Made by a program: the position numbers and the translations under genes. From a virus: 10,762 nucleotides of DNA. The DNA lies in the UHGV virus genome UHGV-0242546; one strand, given 5' to 3'. The notes under the pieces were generated by a model. That model saw only the letters and a program-made list of their open reading frames with translations. It was not told the origin of the DNA and did not search any database. Below are positions 1-7,241 of this stretch, piece by piece. The stretch's first letter is position 1. Every line of letters starts with the position of its first letter.

Positions 1-364
1 TGGGTTCCACATGAGATTTCATAAAATCTTCAGCAGCAGAATCCGTGGGCTGGAAAAGAAGGCTGTTGCGTGATTTATGCTCAATAAAATAAGCCTCCAC
101 TCCCAGCAACATCTTTGTATAACCAACACGGGCAGATTTAATCAGATTAACAGTGCGGATCCGGTCATTCCCCATGCTGTTCATGATGGCAACCTGAAAC
201 GGCAGTGTTTCCCACCGCCCCGGGGTGTAAGATGACTCTTTCGGAAGGTAATAATGTCGATCTGCCCACTGAACTGTCGTCAGAGGGACAGGAATTTTTA
301 GCGCAAGGAGGCCGGTTGCTATCGCTCCTGCAGAATTAGCCGCCCTCAGTTCGTCTGAAATCAT
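1..364 (-). CDS. A: Terminase large subunit (gpA-like), N-terminal ~121 aa only; gene continues beyond the window start
   Basis: Minus-strand translation from ATG at 364-362 reads [97 protein letters not shown]..., which parallels the lambda gpA N-terminus as I recall it (WAD.NYYLPKES...[14 protein letters not shown]...KSARVGYSKMLLGV). The start overlaps the 3' end of the Nu1-like gene by 29 nt, as in lambda, with a GGTGG Shine-Dalgarno 4 nt upstream. Not in the ORF track because it is truncated by the window edge. Confidence 0.85.
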   Translation of the reverse strand, partial: MISDELRAANSAGAIATGLLALKIPVPLTTVQWADRHYYLPKESSYTPGRWETLPFQVAIMNSMGNDRIRTVNLIKSARVGYTKMLLGVEAYFIEHKSRNSLLFQPTDSAAEDFMKSHVEP

Positions 365-884
365 CAATCCACCTGCGCACATTCTCACCGGCTTCAGAAG
401 CCACATCGGATGCTTTCGCGATTTCAGTTTTCACAGCATCAAGATGTACGGGTGATATATCAGGGTATTTACGCTGCAGTGTCTGAGGGACACGGACAAG
501 GATCCCTGATATATTCTGTGCCACTCGCTGAAAGATGTAGGTAAATAACTCCGTCTCGAGGACAAGGCCTTCCTCACGAGCATTTTTCAGCTCCTGTGCA
601 TCGGCCTGTGCCTTCGTCAGTCGGTAACGTTCGTAATCAATGGTGCCGGGCTGAAGGTCTGATTCGCTGGCAGCCCTCAAATCCTCGATCTCTTTACGGA
701 GTTTTTCGTTTTCAATATCAGCTTCCCTCTGCGCATACCACTGAATGGCAGCAGTTGTATCAAAAACTGATTCAGTCCCTTTCCCTCCACCAGAAACTAG
801 TGGTAACCCCTGACTCTGCCAGGCGGTGATGGTCCTGACATCAACGCCAAAAATATCGGCCAGTTTTTTCTTATTGACGTTCAT
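336..884 (-). CDS. nu1: Terminase small subunit (gpNu1-like), 182 aa, N-terminal winged-HTH cosB-binding domain
   Basis: ORF-track protein [42 protein letters not shown]...[47 protein letters not shown] closely parallels lambda Nu1 as recalled (MEVNKKQLADIFGASIRTIQNWQEQGMP...). It lies immediately downstream of a cos site and upstream of the gpA homolog. Confidence 0.9.
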   Translation of the reverse strand: MNVNKKKLADIFGVDVRTITAWQSQGLPLVSGGGKGTESVFDTTAAIQWYAQREADIENEKLRKEIEDLRAASESDLQPGTIDYERYRLTKAQADAQELKNAREEGLVLETELFTYIFQRVAQNISGILVRVPQTLQRKYPDISPVHLDAVKTEIAKASDVASEAGENVRRWIDDFRRTEGG

Positions 885-1053
885 ACACTCCCCCGGGAAC
901 CAGAAAGGATCTGAAAATGGCGTTTTCTAACAAAAACAGCCTTTGTCAGATCCTTTTATATTTTTAAAATTCTATTGATAATCAATCAGTTAAAAAGAAG
1001 AAGAACGGATCTGATTTTTCCCTAAAAATTTTCATAAATAGCGAAAACCCGCG
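885..1053 (-). promoter_or_regulatory. cosB-like region (terminase Nu1 binding sites and probable IHF site) between cosN and the Nu1 start
   Basis: Minus-strand sequence between the cohesive-end site and the Nu1 ATG (CGCGGGTTTTCGCTATTTATGAAAATTTTTAGG...CCGTTCTTCTTC...) is near-identical over its first ~35 nt to the lambda left end as I recall it and contains the CGTTCTTCTTC element and an AT-rich block. Individual R1-R3 and I1 sites were not delimited. Confidence 0.6.
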
Positions 1054-1065
1054 AGGTCGCCGCCC
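1054..1065 (-). other. cosN: 12-nt cohesive-end site (GGGCGGCGACCT on the minus strand), flanked by a cosQ-like sequence at about 1066-1100
   Basis: Plus strand 1054-1065 is AGGTCGCCGCCC, the reverse complement of the lambda cohesive end GGGCGGCGACCT. The flanking minus-strand sequence GGGTCCTTTCCGGTGATCCAGACCGTTACG|GGGCGGCGACCT|CGCGGGTTTTCGCTATTTATGAAAATTTT matches the lambda right-end/left-end junction as recalled. Confidence 0.85.
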
Positions 1066-1288
1066 CGTAACGGTCTGGATCACCGGAAAGGACCCGCCAA
1101 CGACTTTCGCGTGCAGGCATTAAAAATTTTGCAGTTCCATGCCTAGTTGAAACCTCGATTTCTATAACATCCAATTTTGTAAATTTAGATATAGCTCAAC
1201 TTTTCCCAATGTTTTCAAGTGTATAAAAACAATTGGCGTTACGCCATAACACTATACTTAGGATAAGTAAAGATTTTAAGGAGTTTTA

Positions 1289-2356
1289 ATGAGTCAACAT
1301 CAATATTATCCACAGCTGAAATGGAAGCCTGCTGAATATGAATCTCTGATGCTTTTAGATCAAACTACGCTCTCTGGTTTTACTCCGATCATTACCATTC
1401 CAGACATAGACTGGGATTATGAAAACGAATGCTACAAGAAGAGTTTGAGTTCTTACTTATCTGACTTCGGTATTAACCTTGCGGCATCCTGGAAAGCCAA
1501 TCGTCCTGTTTTGCTGGATGTTAAATATTTAGATAAACATGGTTCGAGCCGCCATCATCCTCTAGATATGTGTATCCAAGATGCTAGAGTAAATGGTAAG
1601 GAAATTATCCCTGTTGTTTCTCCCGCATATTCAACAAACTATATACATGCTGTTCAACGCAACTTAATCAATGGGCTCGCTATATCTATCACCCCCCAGA
1701 CATGGCACCAATTCACAAGTCTGGTTAACCACTTAAATATTCATCCTAGTTTAATTGATGTAATCATTGATTTTGGAGATATTCAAAACGCAACTGATAG
1801 TTTAAAACAACAAGCATTAAGCATGGTCAACACATTATCAGGCCAAGCTCCGTGGAGAAACTTGATTTTATCTTCAACCGCATACCCAGCATCACAGGCA
1901 GGGATACCGCAACATCAAGTTCATCATATTCCGCGCCATGAATACGATCTTTGGATGTACGTAGTACAGAATTTTAGCAATGGAAGAACGCCAAGTTTTA
2001 GTGATTATCCCACCGCTAGCTCTACCATTACGAGCGTAGACCCACGCTTCATGTCTCAGTATGTCTCAGTGAGATATTCGAACGATACCTCATGGATCTT
2101 TGTAAAAGGTACCGCAGTTAAAGGAAATGGATGGGGCCAAACTAAAAACTTATGTACTACCCTTGTTAGTTCGCCAGAGTATCAAGTCTTTGGTTCCAAA
2201 TTTAGTTGGGGGGATGATTACATTTACCAAAGATCATTAGGCGCTAACAAATCTGGCGGCTCTAAAGAATGGCGTAAAGTTGCACATACGCACCATATTA
2301 CGTTAGTCGTGAGACAGCTTTATTGGTTGGCGCAGACTCAGCCTGCCAAGCCTTAA
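1289..2356 (+). CDS. Hypothetical 355-aa protein, AT-rich cargo gene, no recognisable catalytic motif; possibly a sce7725/Beta-protein-like partner (unverified)
   Basis: Long ORF with a strong Shine-Dalgarno (TAAGGAG, 5-nt spacer) before ATG 1289. Codon usage and GC content are clearly lower than the flanking phage backbone. It lies between the lysis-operon terminator and cos, the classic lambdoid moron position (bor/lom slot). Family assignment cannot be made without a profile search. Confidence 0.8.
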   Translation: MSQHQYYPQLKWKPAEYESLMLLDQTTLSGFTPIITIPDIDWDYENECYKKSLSSYLSDFGINLAASWKANRPVLLDVKYLDKHGSSRHHPLDMCIQDARVNGKEIIPVVSPAYSTNYIHAVQRNLINGLAISITPQTWHQFTSLVNHLNIHPSLIDVIIDFGDIQNATDSLKQQALSMVNTLSGQAPWRNLILSSTAYPASQAGIPQHQVHHIPRHEYDLWMYVVQNFSNGRTPSFSDYPTASSTITSVDPRFMSQYVSVRYSNDTSWIFVKGTAVKGNGWGQTKNLCTTLVSSPEYQVFGSKFSWGDDYIYQRSLGANKSGGSKEWRKVAHTHHITLVVRQLYWLAQTQPAKP

Positions 2357-2918
2357 CTTTCCAGCCTACGCGTTTCTTTAAGGCTGTTCTGACTTCAAGC
2401 CTGAGATTCGCTATTGGAATATTTTCCGCAATAATATTCCATAACTCAAATCGGGGCTTGCTTTTGATTCCTTTGGAATAGCCCCATCGTTCAAGTACGT
2501 CGATACATTCATCTTTCCAAAGCAATTGAGCGAGCATCAATGTGTCATGGTTTCGATTAAGCTTTTCTCCACGCATGTGCTTTATAAGAATGGCGCCTTT
2601 TGGCCCAACAGAAACCGTTTTAACGCCCCACCAACCTGGGATTAACTTTAATGCTCCCTCAAGATGTTTCTCAGCTACGACAAGAGTAACCTTGTCCATT
2701 ACAGAAGAATAATGCTTGATTTGAAGAGGCAAACGCTCCAAAGAGTCATATTCACTTTTGAGCTCGTACCCGTGTATAACACCATTTATTACAGCAATGT
2801 CTGCTCTACTGGCGCCAAGGGATATGGAAAATTCATCGACCACAAGGCAGTCTGGATCTAAATGCGATTCTTTCAAAAGCTTATGATGCACCGCGAACCT
2901 AACATCTTGATCTTTCAT
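2298..2918 (-). CDS. Hypothetical 206-aa protein with a PD-(D/E)xK nuclease-like motif arrangement, AT-rich cargo gene
   Basis: Strong Shine-Dalgarno (AAGGAG, 5-nt spacer) upstream of ATG 2918. Residues ~28-54 read VVDEF...SRADIAVINGVIHGYELK, i.e. acidic residue, then D, then E-x-K with restriction-endonuclease-fold spacing. Convergent with, and overlapping by 59 nt, the 3' end of the 355-aa gene. Confidence 0.8.
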   Translation of the reverse strand: MKDQDVRFAVHHKLLKESHLDPDCLVVDEFSISLGASRADIAVINGVIHGYELKSEYDSLERLPLQIKHYSSVMDKVTLVVAEKHLEGALKLIPGWWGVKTVSVGPKGAILIKHMRGEKLNRNHDTLMLAQLLWKDECIDVLERWGYSKGIKSKPRFELWNIIAENIPIANLRLEVRTALKKRVGWKVKAWQAESAPTNKAVSRLT

Positions 2919-2980
2919 GACTTCTCCTTACTCCCTCCGTTATTGAATTATAGCGCACTGCATTTTACTGCATTTGAGAG
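2919..2980 (-). promoter_or_regulatory. Putative promoter of the 206-aa gene: perfect -10 TATAAT (plus 2947-2952) preceded by a tandem direct repeat AATGCAGT x2
   Basis: Minus strand reads ...CAAATGCAGTAAAATGCAGTGCGCTATAATTCAATAACGGAGGGAGTAAGGAGAAGTCATG. The TATAAT lies 28 nt upstream of the ATG. There is no good -35 hexamer; instead the -35 position is occupied by two tandem AATGCAGT copies, a possible regulator binding site. Confidence 0.35.
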
Positions 2981-3266
2981 ATTTGACCACTTCAATCACA
3001 AAATGCTTATCTGCAGCAACAAGATTCATAGCCATACGACTATGGTGATTACCTTTTGTCTGGAAAACTGACCATTCCACGAAGATCAGATAGGTCTATA
3101 GAATCTTGGTTTGTCATAGCGTTCGCCTTACTTTGAGATGAACCTTTGCTGCATAGGAGATCAGCCCGTCAAGGCTCACCAGCACTAACTGACTACTCAA
3201 AGGCTCATTCCAAAGGGTTTGGTTCGACGTGGTTGAGTGCACTGCGGTGCGCGGTGAAATACCTGT

Positions 3267-3300
3267 ACAAAAATGCCCCGCATCTGCGAGGCATTTTCCT
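3267..3300 (-). terminator. Rho-independent terminator downstream of Rz/Rz1 (end of the lysis cassette); hairpin is near-bidirectional
   Basis: Minus-strand RNA AAAAUGCCUCGCAGAUGCGGGGCAUUUUUGUAC forms a GC-rich stem followed by a U5 tract, about 35 nt after the Rz stop at 3335. Confidence 0.6.
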
Positions 3301-3334
3301 GAAAGTCACGTATTAAATTTCAGTGAAATTAAAA

Positions 3335-3772
3335 TTATTTTAAGCACTGCGTCCTGATGTACTCCTGCAGGTAGTTGACCTGCGCGGTTATCTTGTCGAT
3401 TCCACTTCGGAGACGGTAATAATTGAGTTCAGCATCTGCTGTAAGTCTTGGGCTTTCTCCATTGCCCATGCCGCTGGCTCCGGTCGTTGACTTTGCACAG
3501 GTAGCGGCGACTTGCAGGCGCTTACGCCCAGCAGAAACATCAGCACGGAGGCTTTCGATAGTCGCGTTAGCATCAGCAAGCTCCTTTGTATATCTGGCAT
3601 CGAGTTCTGCTACGTCACGTTGACGCTTCTGCATATCAGCGATTGTGGATGTGGCTTTATCGCGCTGCTCTTTGTAGGTTATGGCGTTATCACGGTAATG
3701 ATTCAGCCCCAGACTAAGCGCACCACAGGCCACCAGCAGGGCAATGATGACCACGCACAGTACGCGGTTCAT
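3335..3772 (-). CDS. Rz: Rz i-spanin (inner-membrane spanin subunit), 145 aa
   Basis: Protein starts MNRVLCVVIIALLVACGALSLGLNHYRDNAITYKEQRDKA (N-terminal TM anchor then coiled-coil periplasmic domain), the typical Rz architecture. It is the last gene of the lysis cassette and has an embedded +1-frame lipoprotein ORF. Confidence 0.85.
   Translation of the reverse strand: MNRVLCVVIIALLVACGALSLGLNHYRDNAITYKEQRDKATSTIADMQKRQRDVAELDARYTKELADANATIESLRADVSAGRKRLQVAATCAKSTTGASGMGNGESPRLTADAELNYYRLRSGIDKITAQVNYLQEYIRTQCLK
3388..3573 (-). CDS. Rz1: Rz1 o-spanin (outer-membrane lipoprotein), embedded out of frame within Rz; ~61 aa precursor
   Basis: The +1-frame ORF inside Rz encodes MLTRLSKASVLMFLLGVSACKSPLPVQSQRPEPAAW...: signal peptide with lipobox (V-S-A-C) followed by a proline-rich mature peptide, as in lambda Rz1. 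The ORF track gives the longer version (3388-3600); the start at the second Met is chosen on signal-peptide logic. Confidence 0.7.
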   Translation of the reverse strand: MLTRLSKASVLMFLLGVSACKSPLPVQSQRPEPAAWAMEKAQDLQQMLNSIITVSEVESTR

Positions 3773-3773
3773 T

Positions 3774-3911
3774 TCACCACCAGCGTATCTGACCGATGAA
3801 ATAACCGGAGGCCATAATCACAAACACCAGCCAGATAAGAATGAACTTCCAGGTGGATAATTTTTCAGCCATCACTCGAATCTCCCGAATCAGTTTGCTA
3901 AAATCAAACAC
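3774..3911 (-). CDS. Small putative single-pass membrane protein (45 aa from GTG 3911, or 32 aa from ATG 3872), translationally coupled to Rz
   Basis: AGGAG Shine-Dalgarno 6 nt upstream of GTG at 3911. Product MFDFSKLIREIRVMAEKLSTWKFILIWLVFVIMASGYFIGQIRWW has one clear hydrophobic helix. Its TGA stop lies 1 nt before the Rz ATG. The long N-terminal extension in the 89-aa track ORF is Lys-rich low-complexity and contains a hairpin, so it is probably non-coding. Confidence 0.4.
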   Translation of the reverse strand: MFDFSKLIREIRVMAEKLSTWKFILIWLVFVIMASGYFIGQIRWW

Positions 3912-3947
3912 ACTTTCTCCTTTGACTTTTCCGGAGTCAGGAAACAC

Positions 3948-3981
3948 AAAACCCCGCTTGCAGCCAACAAACGGGGTTTTT
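3948..3981. terminator. Terminator-like hairpin between endolysin R and the small membrane ORF; strand ambiguous (T-tract is better on the plus strand)
   Basis: AAAACCCCG-(15-nt loop)-CGGGGTTTTT. The 9-bp stem is flanked by an A-run on one side and a T-run on the other. On the minus strand (gene direction) the stem is followed by UUUUGUGUUUCC. Confidence 0.45.
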
Positions 3982-4070
3982 ACTTTTATTCTCTTAGTTT
4001 TTGTCAGTTCGCAGGATTTCGTGTTATCCGTCCGTGTGAGCAAACCGCATTTTTCAGCAAAATATTCTGC

Positions 4071-4604
4071 TTATCTGTCAATTCCCCAGCACGCCAGCGC
4101 ACTCTCCTGGTCGCGACGGGATACCTGACCGTAACAGTTGTTTGAGCGAATACGGCAGTCTCTGCCACCGACCTTAATCCACCAGCGAATCGCCTCACAC
4201 GCTCCCCTGCGATCACCTGCATTAATTCGTTTATAAAACGTCGACGGAAAACACTTACCGGGGCCAATGTTGTACGGACAGAATGACGCGATCCCCGCTT
4301 TCTGGGGTTCACTCAATGGCACTCTGATGTTTTTCTCCACCCATGCCAGCGCCTTATCACGCTCAATGGCGTTAACCCGGTCGCATTTTTCCTTCGACAA
4401 CTTCATGCCCGGAACGACAGGTTTGCCATCCACCAGGATGGCACCGCGGCAGATGGTCCAGATACCCGCGCCATCACGGTATGCCGTGGTGTGGTTACCT
4501 TCCTTTTCATCCAGAAACTGGTCGAGAATGTCAGGCGCAGGCGCACCAGCGGCAATCAGCGCCAGAACGGCAGCCGACAGGCCGTATTTGATTTTGGTGT
4601 TCAT
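4071..4604 (-). CDS. R: SAR endolysin (phage-21 R-type lysozyme, T4-lysozyme fold with N-terminal signal-anchor-release domain), 177 aa
   Basis: N-terminus MNTKIKYGLSAAVLALIAAGAPAP is a weakly hydrophobic, Gly/Ala-rich SAR-type segment. It is followed by EGNHTTAYRDGAGIWTICRGA, the E-x8-D-x5-T catalytic-triad spacing of T4-type lysozymes. It sits downstream of a pinholin-type S. Confidence 0.9.
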   Translation of the reverse strand: MNTKIKYGLSAAVLALIAAGAPAPDILDQFLDEKEGNHTTAYRDGAGIWTICRGAILVDGKPVVPGMKLSKEKCDRVNAIERDKALAWVEKNIRVPLSEPQKAGIASFCPYNIGPGKCFPSTFYKRINAGDRRGACEAIRWWIKVGGRDCRIRSNNCYGQVSRRDQESALACWGIDR

Positions 4605-4667
4605 GGATATTTATCAGGATTTATCGGTTTCTGCCCACGGACAGGTTTATCTGTTCCGGTCAGTGAC

Positions 4668-5018
4668 TTAAGGTTGTGATTCCGGAGGAGTCTTCAGAGA
4701 ACCAGTAATTCTTCCCGGTAGCTTTCCTTTGTAGGTTATCCATACATTCTGCGCCTCTAAAATTACGGGGCGCTTTTCCGGCGACTGCTCATCCCCTTCA
4801 CATAACCCGGCAGCAACATCCAGGAAGACCTGTCTGATGCTCCTTCTGGCTGCTGCCTCATAAAACTCCAGCGCGGCACCTTCAACACGGTCCAGCGAGA
4901 TGTCCAGGTCAAAAATTTCACCGTCAAAGCGTTTTTTGTCCCGTAACGCTAAAGTTACCGTAACTTTATTCTCAAAATTGCGGATCCCTTTCACAATCAG
5001 TTTATAGTTTTGAGTCAT
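4668..5018 (-). CDS. Hypothetical phage protein located between holin and endolysin (YdfR/DUF1327-like by position), 116 aa
   Basis: ORF with ATG at 5018 starting 4 nt after the holin stop. From memory, E. coli cryptic prophages carry a DUF1327 gene (ydfR) in the same holin-endolysin slot. The family call is positional and recalled, not computed. Confidence 0.65.
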   Translation of the reverse strand: MTQNYKLIVKGIRNFENKVTVTLALRDKKRFDGEIFDLDISLDRVEGAALEFYEAAARRSIRQVFLDVAAGLCEGDEQSPEKRPVILEAQNVWITYKGKLPGRITGSLKTPPESQP

Positions 5019-5022
5019 TGAA

Positions 5023-5238
5023 TTACTCTCCCCGTGCAGCCTTACGACGGTCCTCTCTGATTTTGAAATACAGGTTAGTCAGATATGTCAGCAGCCCAAA
5101 CAGCAGACTCCCCAGCACGCCTATTGCCGCCCACTGAGACGGGGAAACCCTGTCCAGCAACTGCAGGAACCAGTAGCCCGTTCCCACCGCTGACGTGGTG
5201 TATGACACACCTGTTGTGATTTTTTCCATCTGGTACAT
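5023..5238 (-). CDS. S: Pinholin S (phage 21 / 933W-type class II holin), 71 aa, dual-start motif MYQM
   Basis: [71 protein letters not shown] closely parallels S21 as recalled (...[25 protein letters not shown]...[20 protein letters not shown]). Two Met codons three codons apart are typical of a holin/antiholin dual start. The 106-aa track ORF is an upstream extension. Confidence 0.85.
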   Translation of the reverse strand: MYQMEKITTGVSYTTSAVGTGYWFLQLLDRVSPSQWAAIGVLGSLLFGLLTYLTNLYFKIREDRRKAARGE

Positions 5239-5272
5239 ACCCCGTCTCCCGTTATCCGGAAGCTGACAACAA

Positions 5273-5302
5273 TAAAAAAGCCACCAGTTAAGTACTGATG
5301 GC
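5273..5302 (-). terminator. Rho-independent terminator between nanS-p and holin S
   Basis: Minus-strand RNA GCCAUCAG-(7-nt loop)-CUGGUGGC (8 bp including one G-U pair) followed by UUUUUUAUUG. Confidence 0.55.
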
Positions 5303-5387
5303 TCTGATAACTCATGCAGGCGTCTCAGACGACCCACTGACACTACCGGTGAGTTTAACGATACCTTCCATTTGACTGGCTCACTTT

Positions 5388-7241
5388 TTATGATGATGCC
5401 GGTGCATTTATCTCCAGCACCAGACTTTCTATCTCAACGCCATACGTTGCATTTTTGGTAATATCCGTCAGCGTCAGTGCATTTAGTCCCACTGTCAGAC
5501 TGTCTTTTATGACCTGGAATGCCGGGCCAGCCACTCCATTCAGTTTCGGAGTAACCGTGGCACTGCCGGCGGTGAACACCAGCTCCAGCGTCTGCCAGTC
5601 GTTACTGTAATTCCCGAACTCGCCCAACTTTGTGTTTCCGGCTTTCTTGTGATGCATCAGATTCAGTTTGCCGTCTGTGGTCTGGGTGAAGAACGACATC
5701 AGGAACGGGTTACCAGTCCCGGTCATCGCCACGACGTCAGGTAACGCTACATCGGTATACAGATAAATTCCCAGACCGAACTGGTTGTTGGTCAGTGCGC
5801 CTGACAGTCGAAACTTACAGCTCAGTCTGCCACCCCGTGTCAGCAGGGAGACTGCGTCATCCACCGGGCGCGTCAGGGACCAGGCTTTATTGCTCTGCTT
5901 GGTGATCTTAAATACACCATCTGACAACTGAATTCCGCCATTCTTAATGCTCCAGCCCTGCGCAGCAGCATCTCCGGCTGTCGGCAACAGGGAGATTGTG
6001 CGTACGGATGCATCTTCAGACGGCCCCGATGGCGTGTCGCCGCCGGGCGAGGGTTTGATTTCCGGTGCCTTACCACTAATGAAGGCTAAGGTGCGACCGG
6101 CTACGTTCAGAATAGCAGTTGCCATACGATCGGGAATAATGCCACGACGCGCCCATGAGCTGAAATGCGTCGGGCGATTTGATGATACCCAGTTTTTGTT
6201 CGTTCGGGATGCCGAACCGTAATAACCAGACCCGGCAATATCAGGATCTTCTGACGGGTTGTTTGTCGGTGTATTAACTCCGCTACCATCGGTCATAAAG
6301 GGAACAAAATAAATCTGCTGGGATTCTTTACCTTTATATGCACCATATACCACTTCATATTGCGTACCGTGTTCTTGTTTCCACGCGTATGTCGTGTCGC
6401 CACAAATCCAGGGGACTGATGCCGGACTTCCACCGTGACACTGCGCTGCCAGCCCGGCAAGGTCAGCACGGAACTGCTGTACCATTGCAAGAAATGCTGC
6501 TGGCTGCTGGGCGTAACTGGCATTCGTCATATCGAATTCCCCCTGCATCCAGCATATCGCCAGCAAAACGTTTTTCGGGTTTTTCTGCAATGCTGCCTTC
6601 GTGCGGAAAAGCAGATCCTGATATAACGGCTTACCCACTCCCCAGCGAGCCGAATCCTGACTGGCTCCCGTGGACTCGCTGAATGTCCCCTCCGTGCCCT
6701 GGGTGAATGCCGAACCACCACGACAGCATGGTACCAGCAGGATCCCCGCATTATTAGGGATATACGGAAGCAGTTTTTTGGCAATATGTAAGCCCTGTCC
6801 GACACAGCCGTACTGCCCTTTGCTCAGGTCAGCCCGGGGATGGTTAATCGTACTCATATCCTGAACATCATGCAGACAATGGTCAGCAGGAATGATGTCG
6901 TTAAATACGCATACTTCACCACCGGGAGTCACTGTGTTACGACGGGCCAGTTGCTTAATGCGCGGATGGGGCGCATCGTATGAATCCGGAAGCGGAAGCC
7001 CTTCACCGTAAGCCATGGCATTGGATTGCCCGGCCAGTACGATGACGTAGTACCACTCCGGCTCAGTTGCACCACTGACGACCACATCACCTTCTGCTGC
7101 AATCGCCTGCATCAGGGTATAAGGGGTTATGGCCACCGGACTACCAAACGGCTGCCAGCCCTCCTTCAGTTTTTGTGTCAGTCGTTTCGCAAGGTCTGAC
7201 GGCGATGCCGCCCTGACCACGTCATAGTGTTTAAATGCCAT
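5388..7241 (-). CDS. nanS-p: NanS-p-like prophage sialate 9-O-acetylesterase (N-terminal DUF1737, SGNH/DUF303 esterase domain, C-terminal extension), 617 aa
   Basis: N-terminus [38 protein letters not shown] (DUF1737-like), then [20 protein letters not shown] carrying the GQSN catalytic-serine block of SGNH/SASA esterases. It sits between the tRNA/stx locus and S, the position of the nanS-p (yjhS-like) gene in Stx prophages. Confidence 0.85.
   Translation of the reverse strand: MAFKHYDVVRAASPSDLAKRLTQKLKEGWQPFGSPVAITPYTLMQAIAAEGDVVVSGATEPEWYYVIVLAGQSNAMAYGEGLPLPDSYDAPHPRIKQLARRNTVTPGGEVCVFNDIIPADHCLHDVQDMSTINHPRADLSKGQYGCVGQGLHIAKKLLPYIPNNAGILLVPCCRGGSAFTQGTEGTFSESTGASQDSARWGVGKPLYQDLLFRTKAALQKNPKNVLLAICWMQGEFDMTNASYAQQPAAFLAMVQQFRADLAGLAAQCHGGSPASVPWICGDTTYAWKQEHGTQYEVVYGAYKGKESQQIYFVPFMTDGSGVNTPTNNPSEDPDIAGSGYYGSASRTNKNWVSSNRPTHFSSWARRGIIPDRMATAILNVAGRTLAFISGKAPEIKPSPGGDTPSGPSEDASVRTISLLPTAGDAAAQGWSIKNGGIQLSDGVFKITKQSNKAWSLTRPVDDAVSLLTRGGRLSCKFRLSGALTNNQFGLGIYLYTDVALPDVVAMTGTGNPFLMSFFTQTTDGKLNLMHHKKAGNTKLGEFGNYSNDWQTLELVFTAGSATVTPKLNGVAGPAFQVIKDSLTVGLNALTLTDITKNATYGVEIESLVLEINAPASS

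Noticed and set aside
596-829. 77-aa plus-strand ORF inside the Nu1 gene
   Set aside because: Lies entirely antisense within a well-supported terminase small-subunit gene, with no ribosome-binding site and a Trp/Arg-rich composition typical of antisense frames.
2664-3071. Plus-strand ORFs (65 aa and 69 aa) overlapping the 206-aa gene and its promoter region
   Set aside because: Antisense to a gene with a strong Shine-Dalgarno; no ribosome-binding sites; the second overlaps the putative promoter and tandem repeats.
3423-3799. Plus-strand ORFs (66 and 95 aa) across Rz
   Set aside because: Antisense to Rz/Rz1, whose spanin features are clear; Ala/Ser-rich antisense-type translations.
3912-4043. 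N-terminal extension of the 89-aa ORF upstream of the small membrane peptide
   Set aside because: Lys-rich low-complexity translation that runs through a GC-rich hairpin; the real start is more likely the GTG at 3911 (AGGAG Shine-Dalgarno) or the ATG at 3872.
4004-4679. Alternative-frame and antisense ORFs (102, 134, 62 aa) overlapping endolysin R
   Set aside because: R has a clear SAR domain and catalytic triad in its own frame; the others are Arg-rich or antisense products without ribosome-binding sites.
5239-5343. 35-codon upstream extension of the holin ORF (106-aa version)
   Set aside because: The phage-21-type pinholin is ~68-71 aa with a dual-Met start; the extension runs into the upstream terminator hairpin.
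5873-6864. Several 60-114-aa ORFs in other frames within the nanS-p gene
   Set aside because: All lie inside the 617-aa esterase gene, which has strong motif support; they are Arg/Pro-rich GC-frame artefacts.
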